Of a stretch of DNA of 64,000 bases, positions 9,169-18,084 are shown one piece after another. Position 1 is the stretch's first letter, and each line of letters opens with the position of its first letter. The position numbers and the translations under genes are program-made. The DNA is taken from the NCBI GenBank assembly GCA_965217775.1, contig CBDCJH010000002.1, positions 2,752,001 through 2,816,000 on the forward strand, written 5' to 3'. Source of the stretch: Acidobacteriota bacterium (GTDB lineage Bacteria; Acidobacteriota; UBA6911; RPQK01; JAJDTT01). Under the pieces are notes generated by a model that worked only from the letters and a program-made list of their open reading frames with translations, was not told the origin of the DNA and searched no databases.

Positions 9169-10167
9169 TCAGGCGCTCACTCGGACGGCCCGGCCGCTCG
9201 TGGCTGATTCTTCTGCGGCCTCGGCAACTCGCAGGGCGCGCCTCCCGTCATCGAAGCCGGGAGACGGCTTGACGCCTCGCTCTACGGCATCCACGAAGGC
9301 GTCGATCTCCCGAGTGAACGCTTCCTGGTACCGCTCGATGAAAAAGGGGTGCAGCCGGTCGCGGGCGGCGGTCCCACCTTCCGTGTAGCGTTCGACGCTG
9401 GTCCGAGTCGGATTGGCGGAGACCAGCATGCCGCGTTCTCCGAACAGCTCGATTCGCTGGTCGTAGCCAAAGGAACAATGGCGCGAGCAGTTGACGTGGC
9501 AGAGAGCGCCCGAGGCCATCCGCAAGACGACCATGGCGCTGTCCACGTCGCCGATTTCTCCGGCACGGGCGTCGAAGAGCACGCTTCCCATGGCCGTGAC
9601 CTCCACGGGCTCTTCGCCGAACAGGAAGCGTGCCACGTCGAAGTCGTGGACCATCATGTCCCGGAATATTCCACCGGAACCCTGAAGAAAGCGCAGGGGC
9701 GGCGGGAATGGATCCCGGCTGCTGATGACCGCCTGCTCCAGGCTGCCGAGCTCGCCGTTGCGGGCAGCCCGGGCCACCGCGCTGTGGCCAGGGTCGAAGC
9801 GCCGGTTGAATCCGATCTGAAACGGCACGCCGGTCTCCGCGAGAACTACTCCGCAGGCGTCCGCCCGCTTCATGTCCAGGTGGATCGGTTTTTCGCAGAA
9901 CACCGCCTTCCCGGCCCGCGCCGCGCCTTCGATCAGATCGCAGTGGGTGCTTGTGGAGGAGGAGATGCAAACGGCATCGAGGGTGGGGTCACCGAGCAGG
10001 GCGTCGACGGAATCGACGGAAACGGACCCGGTCTCAGTTGCGGCGGAGGTGGCGGCGTCAGCATCGACGTCGTAGACACTTGCGAGTTCCACACGGTTGT
10101 TTGCCGCGAGGATTCTTGCGCGCATCCGGCCGATCCTGCCGACTCCGAACAGTCCGAACTTGAGCAT
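9169..10167 (-). CDS. iolG: Gfo/Idh/MocA oxidoreductase, inositol 2-dehydrogenase-like
   Basis: GVGRIG, CEKP, GFNRRFDP, DMMVHDFD and YDQRIE motifs. Confidence 0.88.
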   Translation of the reverse strand: MLKFGLFGVGRIGRMRARILAANNRVELASVYDVDADAATSAATETGSVSVDSVDALLGDPTLDAVCISSSTSTHCDLIEGAARAGKAVFCEKPIHLDMKRADACGVVLAETGVPFQIGFNRRFDPGHSAVARAARNGELGSLEQAVISSRDPFPPPLRFLQGSGGIFRDMMVHDFDVARFLFGEEPVEVTAMGSVLFDARAGEIGDVDSAMVVLRMASGALCHVNCSRHCSFGYDQRIELFGERGMLVSANPTRTSVERYTEGGTAARDRLHPFFIERYQEAFTREIDAFVDAVERGVKPSPGFDDGRRALRVAEAAEESATSGRAVRVSA

Positions 10168-10250
10168 GGAATTCTCCCTGGTTGCGTGACGACGTGGCGG
10201 GCGCTGATGTTGACACCCGGCTCAACTGCGCAGTCGAGTATACAAGTGAA

Positions 10251-10279
10251 GAGGGGGACAGGAATGTCCCCCCCTCCTA
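10251..10279. repeat. REP family 1b palindrome GAGGGGGAC-AGGAAT-GTCCCCCCCTCCTA
   Basis: Second intact copy at 13020-13047; half copy at 27094-27107. Confidence 0.85.
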
Positions 10280-10285
10280 TGTTTC

Positions 10286-10303
10286 CACAATGCACACATT
10301 GTG
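10286..10303. promoter_or_regulatory. Inverted repeat upstream of brnT, probable autoregulatory operator
   Basis: CACAATG-caca-CATTGTG; partly conserved upstream of the second brnT. Confidence 0.5.
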
Positions 10304-10316
10304 TGATGATTGACTT

Positions 10317-10604
10317 ATGAGCGACAGTTTCGACTGGAGCACGGAGAAGAATCAAAGACTCGTCGAGCAGCGAGGAATCTCATTCGAGAGCGTCGTCTCC
10401 GCCATAGAGCAAGGTGGCTTGTTGGACGTACGGGAGCACCCGAACCATGATCGCTATCCGGGACAGTTGATCTATGTCGTGGAATCCGACGGGTACATTC
10501 ATCTTGTACCTCTTGAGACGCAGGCTGACGGCACTCGTTTTCTGAAGACGATTATTCCCAGCCGAAAGGCGACGAATGCTTACCGGAGGAGGCAGCCATC
10601 GTGA
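10317..10604 (+). CDS. brnT: BrnT-like toxin (copy 1)
   Basis: FDWSTEKNQRLVEQRGISFE...FLKTIIPSRKAT. Confidence 0.85.
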   Translation: MSDSFDWSTEKNQRLVEQRGISFESVVSAIEQGGLLDVREHPNHDRYPGQLIYVVESDGYIHLVPLETQADGTRFLKTIIPSRKATNAYRRRQPS

Positions 10605-10903
10605 ACGACAAATTGAGCGTCGAAGAACGCGACATTCTCGACCGATTCGAGCGGGGTGACTTGCGCTCCGCTCCTGGTGCTGAACGCGAAGTTGAGGTGG
10701 CTCGTCAGGCGGCTCGTAATACGTTCAACAAAACCAAGCGAGTGAATCTGCGGGTAACCGAGCGCGACTTCAAACTCGCTCACTCGCGGGCCAGGGAAGA
10801 AGGGATTCCCTATCAAACACTGCTGTCCAGTGTTATCCACAAATACTTGGCCGGCCGGCTGACCGAAAAGAGGTTGCCTTACATCACGGCGCGGGAGAAG
10901 TAG
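10601..10903 (+). CDS. brnA: BrnA/CopG-like antitoxin (copy 1)
   Basis: KRVNLRV...AREEGIPYQTLLSSVIHKY; C-terminus runs into a REP. Confidence 0.85.
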   Translation: MNDKLSVEERDILDRFERGDLRSAPGAEREVEVARQAARNTFNKTKRVNLRVTERDFKLAHSRAREEGIPYQTLLSSVIHKYLAGRLTEKRLPYITAREK

Positions 10904-10917
10904 CCCGTCCCTTTCTC
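10893..10917 (+). repeat. REP family 2 (GGGAGAAGTAGACTGTCCCTTT consensus)
   Basis: Same-orientation copies at 10893, 11394, 14455, 15061, 17335 and 44107; symmetric variant at 43942-43962. Confidence 0.85.
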
Positions 10918-10924
10918 AGTCCGG

Positions 10925-11242
10925 CTAACGAATCACGTCCACCTTTAGGCGCAACCCCTCCTGTTTCTGGAGGAAACCGATGATTCGGAACAGGTTTCGG
11001 GCTTGGGGGTTGCCTTTGGGACCGAACATCCGCATCAGGCTCTTGGGAGATTTCTCGGTCAGTCCGCCAAGCGCCTGAAAGCCGATCGTGGCGTTGATGT
11101 AATCGCGTAGTACTGCCTTCCCCGTATCCACGTCATCCGAAAGGAGGCACTCAATCCCTTCCTTGAGCAGCTCTCCGCGGAACTCCGGATCGCTCTCGAT
11201 GCGCGCCTGAATCGTTTCCTTGAAGTCTCGTGTCAATGGCAT
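10925..11242 (-). CDS. Addiction-module HTH antitoxin
   Basis: MPLTRDFKETIQARI...KSLMRMFGPKGNPQARNLF. Confidence 0.8.
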   Translation of the reverse strand: MPLTRDFKETIQARIESDPEFRGELLKEGIECLLSDDVDTGKAVLRDYINATIGFQALGGLTEKSPKSLMRMFGPKGNPQARNLFRIIGFLQKQEGLRLKVDVIR

Positions 11243-11244
11243 GG

Positions 11245-11329
11245 TTTTCAGGTCTCCGGTCGTTTGCGCCGCCGGTATTCTTGACGGACTACGGCCCTCG
11301 GTGTCCAGGTACTCTCTGATCTCAATCAT
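11245..11329 (-). pseudogene. Internally deleted HigB/RelE-like toxin
   Basis: MIEIREYLDTEGRSP start, then a deletion fusing it to the antitoxin frame. Confidence 0.65.
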
Positions 11330-11475
11330 CACTTCATGGTGCCTGATATGTTACCATCGACAAGTAGCCTGGAGTCAAGATTCTTGCCTGGTCGGAAGAG
11401 GTAGACTGTCCCTTTTTCGTTCCCAAAGACCCTGTCGGCAAAGATGTGATCCAATGCCTCCACAGTAGGCCGTCG

Positions 11476-12891
11476 ATGTCAGGTGCAGCAGGATCGTTGA
11501 GCAGACCACTTGTTGCGAGCGTTCTCGCACTTACCCTGGCTTGTGCCGCGTGCGGTGAACCGGCTGAGGTTCTTGTGGGCAAGGAGCTTCTTGTCCTCGA
11601 AGGGGCCACTCTGATTGACGGAACCGGTGCCGGACCGCGCGAGGACAGCGTCATCGTGGTGGACGGCGACCGAATCATCAGGGTCGGAAGCGCGGGTGAT
11701 TTCCATTTCCCCGACTCGGCACGGCAAAGAGACGTTTCGGGCCACTTCGTGCTGCCGGGATTCATCGACATGCATGTCCATGTTCACCCCAAGGCTCGGA
11801 TCGAGACCGTGGAGGCGTTGCTTGAGTTCGGAGTGACCACGATACGCAGCCCGGGCGCCGCGCAAAGCGCCGGAGTCGAGCTCCGGGATCAGATCGAGGC
11901 GGGCCGGGTTCGGGGGCCGCGGATGATGACCGGCGCCGCCTTCATCGACGGTTCTCCGAGCCGATTCGACTGGACGGTGCCCGTGGCGACACCGGATGAG
12001 ATCCGGGACGTGGTTCGACAACAGGCTGCGGCGGGTGCCGACATGATCAAGCTGTACTGGGACGTGACCCCGGAGCTGACGGCCGCTGCGATTGAAGAGG
12101 CCCACAAGCTCGGTCTGAGGGTCGCCGGCCACCTCCGGGCGACGAGCTGGACCCAGGCGGCAAGACTGGGAATCGATGCCCTGGTCCACAGCGGTGCAGA
12201 GGGACCGACCTGGGAGCTGGTCCCCGAAAGGCACCGGGCCCAACTGAGGGCGCTGCCCTACCCGGAGTTCTACGCCCGTTGGCTCGAGTTGGTGGAGCTT
12301 GACGGCGATCTGATGAGTTCCTTGATTACTGCCCTCGTTGACAACAACGTGACGGTCGACCCGACTCTGGTCGTGATGGAGAGCCTCTACTTCGGTGACG
12401 ACCCGAAGGTTCTCGAGCGGCTCGAGCCGCAGCGGGCTCCGTCCTCGGTGGTCTCGCTTTGGGGTTCGGACTGGCGGCAGCGAAACCCGTTTGTTTTCAC
12501 CAACCCCATGGGAATCGCTCGGGACTTCACGTCCGGCAAGCCCGTATTCCCCGTCGCACTCCAGATCGTGCGGAGGCTTCATGAGGGGGGAGTGAGGCTG
12601 ACCGCAGGGAGCGACCTGGGAATGCCCTGGATCACGCCGGGCGTGAGCCTGCATCGGGAGCTAGAGCTCCTGGTCCAGGCCGGCATCGACGAGGCTGACG
12701 TGATCGTCATGGCGACCCGAAACGGCGCCGAGGGCCTGGGTCTGGAGGATCAGCTCGGAACCGTCGAAGCAGGGAAACTGGCCGACCTGGTCGTGCTCTC
12801 GGCGGATCCACTGTTGGACATCCGCAACACCCGCTCGGTGGCCGCCGTCTACAAGGCTGGCGAACTCCAGTATCAAGCCACGCCACTTTGA
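11476..12891 (+). CDS. Amidohydrolase-family lipoprotein (copy 1)
   Basis: LPGFIDMHVH, GADMIK and GTVEAGKLADLVVL motifs; lipobox. Confidence 0.9.
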   Translation: MSGAAGSLSRPLVASVLALTLACAACGEPAEVLVGKELLVLEGATLIDGTGAGPREDSVIVVDGDRIIRVGSAGDFHFPDSARQRDVSGHFVLPGFIDMHVHVHPKARIETVEALLEFGVTTIRSPGAAQSAGVELRDQIEAGRVRGPRMMTGAAFIDGSPSRFDWTVPVATPDEIRDVVRQQAAAGADMIKLYWDVTPELTAAAIEEAHKLGLRVAGHLRATSWTQAARLGIDALVHSGAEGPTWELVPERHRAQLRALPYPEFYARWLELVELDGDLMSSLITALVDNNVTVDPTLVVMESLYFGDDPKVLERLEPQRAPSSVVSLWGSDWRQRNPFVFTNPMGIARDFTSGKPVFPVALQIVRRLHEGGVRLTAGSDLGMPWITPGVSLHRELELLVQAGIDEADVIVMATRNGAEGLGLEDQLGTVEAGKLADLVVLSADPLLDIRNTRSVAAVYKAGELQYQATPL

Positions 12892-12926
12892 AACGGGCGC
12901 TGATGGTGATGCCCGGTAGAAAAAGG

Positions 12927-13015
12927 GTAGGAGCGGCGGTTTCCTAACCGCCGGCTTCCGGAGTGTCCGGGAACGAACGCGTATCGTGGGCGACGGGTTA
13001 TCGCCCTTCCTTTTT
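12927..13015. repeat. REP family 1a pair, empty homologue of the 19585 integration site
   Basis: GTAGGAGCGGCGGTTTCCTAACCGCC and GGGCGA-CGGGTTA-TCGCCC; context matches 19498-19595. Confidence 0.7.
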
Positions 13016-13044
13016 CTTAGAGGGGGACAGGAATGTCCCCCCTC

Positions 13045-14019
13045 CTACCGGACGGCCAGCTTCGCAATCGGGATTCGCAGGAAGAACAAACCCGGTCCTC
13101 CCTCCTGATCTTTGTCGATGTCGTAAAAGACCACGCCGATTGTTTTATCGTCGAGTTGCACCGTTCGGGGACAGGCCCGGCCGTTGATCGCCCGGCCCGG
13201 GTTGTAGTACTCAAACACGCCATCCCATGTCTGCCCGTCGTCGTATGAAAGACGATAGCGGATGCGCTCCCCGCCAAAGCCGGGCCCGAGAATCTCCGAG
13301 GCCAGCAGCCAGCCGTTTTTCAGACCGACCATTTCGTGCCGCCAGCCCTGCGAGCTGATGTCCGGAAAGCCTTCGATGGTCTTCCACGTCTTGCCGTTGT
13401 CCGTTGATCGGATGCCGGCGCCGCTGACGAACGTGCCTCTCGGAGTCTGCACAATCGGGATCAACCCATGCATACGGCCATCGCCGAACGGTGTTGCTTT
13501 GGAAGTGGCCGGATCAAACACGAACGTCCGGTCTATCAACGACACGAGCCATTGCTCTGACTTCAGTTCGGTAATGGGGTGCCGGATGACGGATCTGACT
13601 TCGGGATCACGCGGGAATGGCTGCGGGTCGCTCCACGATACTCCGTCGTCATTCGACAGTGAGTACAAGACAGACCGTGGTTCTTTCTGAGTGACCGGCG
13701 TATCCCAGCGGTTCCAGCAATGCAACAGGCGGCCGTCGCTCAGTGTCGTCAGCGAGCCCGGGTAATACGTCTTATCGACGGTATGGACGAACGGCACAGG
13801 TTCGGACCATTTCATTCCTCCGTCCGACGATCGAGTGATGCGCAGGTCCACGTGATTCACCCGCCCGTACGTCACAACGATCGTCCCCGAGCGGGTGACA
13901 CAGGCCGCCGGGTGAATGTGCCCGTCGACCGGGACAGCAACCCGGACCGGTTTCAGTTGATGGTCGCTCGCGACGACCGTTGACACAGCGAATAAAGACA
14001 GCACGGCGAGTCGGTTCAT
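13045..14019 (-). CDS. Secreted sialidase-fold (BNR/Asp-box) protein (copy 1)
   Basis: Signal peptide; Asp boxes SSDGGMKW, SNDDGVSW, STDNGKTW and SYDDGQTW. Confidence 0.85.
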   Translation of the reverse strand: MNRLAVLSLFAVSTVVASDHQLKPVRVAVPVDGHIHPAACVTRSGTIVVTYGRVNHVDLRITRSSDGGMKWSEPVPFVHTVDKTYYPGSLTTLSDGRLLHCWNRWDTPVTQKEPRSVLYSLSNDDGVSWSDPQPFPRDPEVRSVIRHPITELKSEQWLVSLIDRTFVFDPATSKATPFGDGRMHGLIPIVQTPRGTFVSGAGIRSTDNGKTWKTIEGFPDISSQGWRHEMVGLKNGWLLASEILGPGFGGERIRYRLSYDDGQTWDGVFEYYNPGRAINGRACPRTVQLDDKTIGVVFYDIDKDQEGGPGLFFLRIPIAKLAVR

Positions 14020-14139
14020 CAGATGTCTCCAGATGTTGAACAGGGGATCCTTTGCAAAGAGATTAACTCAGTCGCTACCGAATAAGGAGGTCGACGCCGC
14101 CAATTGCATGGCATTCTCATCCACCTTCTTGATCATTTT

Positions 14140-14445
14140 TCACCCGCTCACTCGGACGGCGCGGCCGGTCCTGGCGGATTCTTCCGCGGCGTCGGCAAGC
14201 AGCAATGCGCGCCTCCCGTCGTCGAAGCCGGGCGTCGGCGGGATGCCGTTCTCGACGGCATCGACGAAGGCGTCGATCTCGCGCACGTACGATTCCTCGT
14301 ACCGCTCGATGAAGAAAGGGTGCAGGCGGTCGCGGGCAGCGGTCCCGTCAGCCGTGTAGCGTTCGACGTTGGTCCGAGTCGGATTCGCGGAAATGAGCAT
14401 CCCGCGTTCTCCGAACAGCTCGATTCGCTGGTCGTAGCCAAAGGC
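14140..14445 (-). pseudogene. 3' fragment of an iolG-like gene
   Basis: Closely matches the 3' end of 28225-29223; cut just before the REP at 14455. Confidence 0.9.
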
Positions 14446-14547
14446 GAAAGGACCGGGAGAAGTAGACTGTCCCTTTCTCCGTCATCGGTAAGAACAGGTG
14501 GCGATCGTGGACTATCATTGAAGGACCACCCTATAACGTTATAGGAT

Positions 14548-14898
14548 ATGGACATGAAACAGCCCATCCCGCCCGGAGAGATTTTGCTCGAGGAGTACCT
14601 CAAACCGATGGGGATTTCACAGAATGCCATGGCCCGAGCCATCGGTGTCTCCCCAAGGGCGGTTAACGAAATCGTCCTTGGCCGCCGGTCGATCACTCCG
14701 CCCATGTCGATTCGTTTTGGCGCCTTCTTTGGTCAGTCGGACAAGTTCTGGCATGGCATCCAAGTCGAGTGCGACTTCCGCAAGCTGGCAGGGGACAGGA
14801 ACCGACTGATTGCCGACATTAAACCGGCTGCGGCCGTGGCGGCCCGTGCCGAGAGCCGCCACGGCGCTCGACCGACGCTGCAATCCGGAAGCGCGTAA
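14548..14898 (+). CDS. higA: HigA-family antitoxin (orphan)
   Basis: [20 protein letters not shown]...FWHGIQ; no adjacent higB. Confidence 0.9.
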   Translation: MDMKQPIPPGEILLEEYLKPMGISQNAMARAIGVSPRAVNEIVLGRRSITPPMSIRFGAFFGQSDKFWHGIQVECDFRKLAGDRNRLIADIKPAAAVAARAESRHGARPTLQSGSA

Positions 14899-14995
14899 CG
14901 ACAGGTGGGCCCAATCGTCACCGCGACCCTTTGACGCTTGGACCAGCGCTACAGCGTCAAATTTTCGTGGATCCAACGCCCGAAGCCCAGACGCG

Positions 14996-15058
14996 TCACG
15001 TGGCTTCTGCGTAGCTGATATCCAGAAAGATCTGGTGGACCACGACCGGGTCCTGGTC
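14996..15058 (-). pseudogene. Last ~20 codons of a paralogue of gene 40895-42583
   Basis: DQDPVVVHQIFLDISYAE versus DQDPVVVHQIFLEISYAE; abuts the REP at 15061. Confidence 0.85.
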
Positions 15059-15195
15059 GCGGGAGAAGTAGACTGTCTCTTCCTCCGTCCGGCCCGACGG
15101 GGAATGGTAGCGTCCGGTCGCTGGGTGGCGCCAAGCACCGAGGACGTGCATCTCTTCCTGGTTCAGAGAGCACGCATAACGCCAAGTGGCGTCGA

Positions 15196-15795
15196 TCACG
15201 CCAGCAGTTCGTCCATGAGATCGTCAATGAACATATGCGACCAACAGGCGTTACGAAGTTCCTGCCCCTGCGGACGGATATGCGCGTGAATCACACGAGT
15301 ATTTGTGCGATTCTGAACAAGTTCCACCGCAGGCACGAAATCCGCGTCGGCGCTGATGAGGATCGCTTCACCAAACAGGTCGTCGAGCGCCGCTTGAATC
15401 AGGTCCGTGGCAAGCGCCGTATCTACACCCTTCTCGACGGTGCCCCGAAGTACACGTCCACAATGCGGGCACTTGTGCAGGGGTTTTCGACACCCTGGGT
15501 GCTGGCAAGTGTACGGTCCGCGCGGCTTTCGCTCTTTGATGGTGACGCGATAGCCGGGGAAGCCGTTCATCGCGTGGAGGAAGCGGCGGAGGCCGGCGTC
15601 TGCTGGGTTGCGGGGATCGACTGACGCATAGACATGACATCCGGTGTAAACCGCTTCGCCACCCCGATGACGTGTGAGCACATCGGGCAACTTGGCTTTC
15701 CAGGGTATCTGTGGGCGTCCTTGGCCCTTACCTTGGTGGAAACTGTTCCAGGCGATCTGTAGGTTCCAGAAATCCACCAGGATTCGTACACGCAT
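15196..15795 (-). CDS. NYN (LabA/DUF88 PIN-like) RNase with Zn-finger insertion
   Basis: VDFWN, EKGVDTALATD and SADADFVP motifs; CxxxxC...CxxC insert. Confidence 0.9.
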   Translation of the reverse strand: MRVRILVDFWNLQIAWNSFHQGKGQGRPQIPWKAKLPDVLTRHRGGEAVYTGCHVYASVDPRNPADAGLRRFLHAMNGFPGYRVTIKERKPRGPYTCQHPGCRKPLHKCPHCGRVLRGTVEKGVDTALATDLIQAALDDLFGEAILISADADFVPAVELVQNRTNTRVIHAHIRPQGQELRNACWSHMFIDDLMDELLA

Positions 15796-15804
15796 GGACG
15801 CCTC

Positions 15805-15836
15805 AAAAAAAACAGGGAGCCGATTCCGGCTCCCTG
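15805..15836 (-). terminator. Intrinsic terminator/attenuator directly before the NYN start
   Basis: CAGGGAGCCG-GAAT-CGGCTCCCTG followed by a T8 tract. Confidence 0.8.
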
Positions 15837-15885
15837 GGGTCATAAAGCCCGGCAGCGATGCCGCCGGGGGGGTGTAACACACTCG

Positions 15886-15914
15886 AATGTACGCGTGGCT
15901 CGACACCAAGTCAA
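15886..15914 (-). promoter_or_regulatory. Sigma70-type promoter
   Basis: TTGACT, 17-bp spacer, TACATT. Confidence 0.7.
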
Positions 15915-16072
15915 TCTGACCGCAGCTGGACTTCCCCGATTTTTTTCACGGTCAGGAGAATAGGGGAAGCAAGTTTCGACGAGGGTCGGATCGAGGCGGC
16001 CCGGTGCCCGTGTTCCGGCCAAACAAGAGCTGCTTGATCCGATCCGCAGAGCTCAACGACGCCCGTGAGAAA

Positions 16073-16906
16073 CTACTTCCGGGCCAGTGCCCACGTCTTC
16101 TGCGTGTATGTGACGTAGCTCACGGGGGTCCTGCAAGTCTTGCAGATCGCTCCCCGTTTCCTGACGTCGCGTTTGATGGCCCAGCCGCACGTGATGCACC
16201 GCGCGATATAGCGAGGAGGGGCAAATTCCACTGCGTGGCAGCGGTCGCCGGTGCATCCGACCGAACGCGCGACTGCCTTCCAGGCGGCGTCATGATTATG
16301 CTTGGGGCCGACCAGGGCGTGCGCGATCTCGTGGAGAATCGTGTCCCTGACTTGCGGGCCGGTGGCGTGCAGGCAATAGAGGCGGGAAAGTCCAATGACC
16401 TTGAGGCCGAAAACGCAGACTCCCGCCCGCTTCGAGGTATCCTCGAACTGAAAGCTCCATCCCGTGAGTCCGTGCCGGCTCATCAACCGCTCCGCCTCCG
16501 CCGCAACTTCGGCCAATCTCCGGCCATCGTTGCGATCAGGATTCCGTCCGGCTGGTATCAGCAGACCATACGGAACGTAGTAGCTACCGTGCTCCGTGGC
16601 GACCAGGGCGCGCTTGGGTCCGAGACGCGAGAGGACGCCTTCGAGCGTGCCCCGGCCGTGCGGGACCAGGACCTCGTCATCCGGGCGGAATCGGGCTTTG
16701 AACCGGTCCCGCCTCAGAGTCACTCGCCTCCTACGTCCGCCTTCGTCACGAGCGAGGAAGCCCCACGGCACACCGTAGTCGGTGCCGTCCTCTCCCACGA
16801 TTTCGGCTTTCCGAGGAGTCTTGCGTGCGATGTGCCCACTGATCCAGACACCCTGGTCCCGGAATTTCACGGGATCATGAATGCAGAACTGCGCGGCGCT
16901 AGACAC
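16073..16906 (-). CDS. SprT-like zinc metalloprotease with a duplicated N-terminal domain
   Basis: ILHEIAHAL, HDAAWK and a C-terminal CxxC...CxxC ribbon. Confidence 0.85.
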   Translation of the reverse strand: MSSAAQFCIHDPVKFRDQGVWISGHIARKTPRKAEIVGEDGTDYGVPWGFLARDEGGRRRRVTLRRDRFKARFRPDDEVLVPHGRGTLEGVLSRLGPKRALVATEHGSYYVPYGLLIPAGRNPDRNDGRRLAEVAAEAERLMSRHGLTGWSFQFEDTSKRAGVCVFGLKVIGLSRLYCLHATGPQVRDTILHEIAHALVGPKHNHDAAWKAVARSVGCTGDRCHAVEFAPPRYIARCITCGWAIKRDVRKRGAICKTCRTPVSYVTYTQKTWALARK

Positions 16907-17162
16907 TGTCCGAACTCACAAAATGATTTGCCGCGCCCTGCCCGGGAGCCGAGTCGTCACAGAGGACGAAGGACCGGCGTCCCTCTGAGAGACGGGACCA
17001 AGAACAGGATCAGCCCGGACCGTCTTCTTTGAATCCGGAACCGAAACCGGGGCTGCGCCCGCCGGACAAGGCACTCTTGGGAGCATACCGAAAGTATATG
17101 ACCGAGGAGCAACGCGTCTCCGCCGGGATGCGTGGAATGGGTCCAGCCGCGCATTCGAATTC

Positions 17163-17310
17163 CGTAGGGGCGCCCCTTGTGGGTGCCCTCTTCGGCCCGA
17201 ACCAACACAGACCCGGTCGGCCGCCGGGACATGGCGTGGGAGTCACGGGGTGGCCTCTGGGCGATCTCGGTTGCCTGTACTGGGATGGCAACCACAAGGG
17301 TTGCCCCTAC
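17163..17310. repeat. Inverted pair of family 3 REPs (REPIN-like)
   Basis: GTAGGGGCGCCCCTTGTGGGTGCCC ... GGCAACCACAAGGGTTGCCCCTAC. Confidence 0.8.
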
Positions 17311-17451
17311 CAACGGGAAGCCATCCCACCGGACGGGGGAAGTAGACTGCCCCTCTCTCGTTCCCACCGAAGTTGTCGATTGCCGCCTTTGCGGAGTCGT
17401 CTGGCTCTGGGGCGTGTTTCCGAAATGCACACATTGTGTGATTATTGACTC

Positions 17452-17739
17452 ATGAGCGCCAGTTTCGACTGGAGCACGGAGAAGAATCAAAGACTCATCG
17501 AGCAGCGAGGAATCTCAGTCGAGAGCGCCGTCTCCGCCATAGAGCAAGGCGGCTTGTTGGATGTACTGGAGCACCCGAACCAGGATCGCTACCCGGGACA
17601 GTTGATCTACGTCGTGGAATCCGACGAGTACATTTTTCTTGTACCTTTTGTGACGCAGGCCGACGGCACTCGTTTTCTGAAGACGATTGTTCCCAGCCGA
17701 AAGGCGACGAAAGCTTACCGGAGGAGGCAGCCATCGTGA
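17452..17739 (+). CDS. brnT: BrnT-like toxin (copy 2)
   Basis: Close paralogue of 10317-10604. Confidence 0.85.
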   Translation: MSASFDWSTEKNQRLIEQRGISVESAVSAIEQGGLLDVLEHPNQDRYPGQLIYVVESDEYIFLVPFVTQADGTRFLKTIVPSRKATKAYRRRQPS

Positions 17740-18011
17740 ACGACAAATTGAGCACCGAAGAGCGCGACATTCTCGACCGATTCGAGCGGGGTGACTTGCG
17801 CTCCGCTCCTGGTGCTGAACGCGAAGTTGAGGTGGCCCGTCAGGCGGCTCGCAATACGTTCAACAAATCCAAGCGAGTGAATCTGCGGGTAACCGAGCGC
17901 GACTTCAAACTCGCTCACTCGCGGGCCAGGGAAGAAGGAATTCCCTATCAAACACTGCTGTCCAGTGTTATCCACAAATACCTGGCCGGCCGCCTGACCG
18001 AAAAGAGGTAG
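17736..18011 (+). CDS. brnA: BrnA/CopG-like antitoxin (copy 2)
   Basis: Close paralogue of 10601-10903. Confidence 0.85.
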   Translation: MNDKLSTEERDILDRFERGDLRSAPGAEREVEVARQAARNTFNKSKRVNLRVTERDFKLAHSRAREEGIPYQTLLSSVIHKYLAGRLTEKR

Positions 18012-18084
18012 TCGGACATCACGATGTGCGCGAGAAATGGTGACGTTCGATGGGTCCGTCGGCTCCGTACTCCGTAGTCCGTCG

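Noticed and set aside
10893-17359. CRISPR array
   Set aside because: The repeats are separated by 0.5-3 kb of genes, not short spacers, and no cas genes are present.
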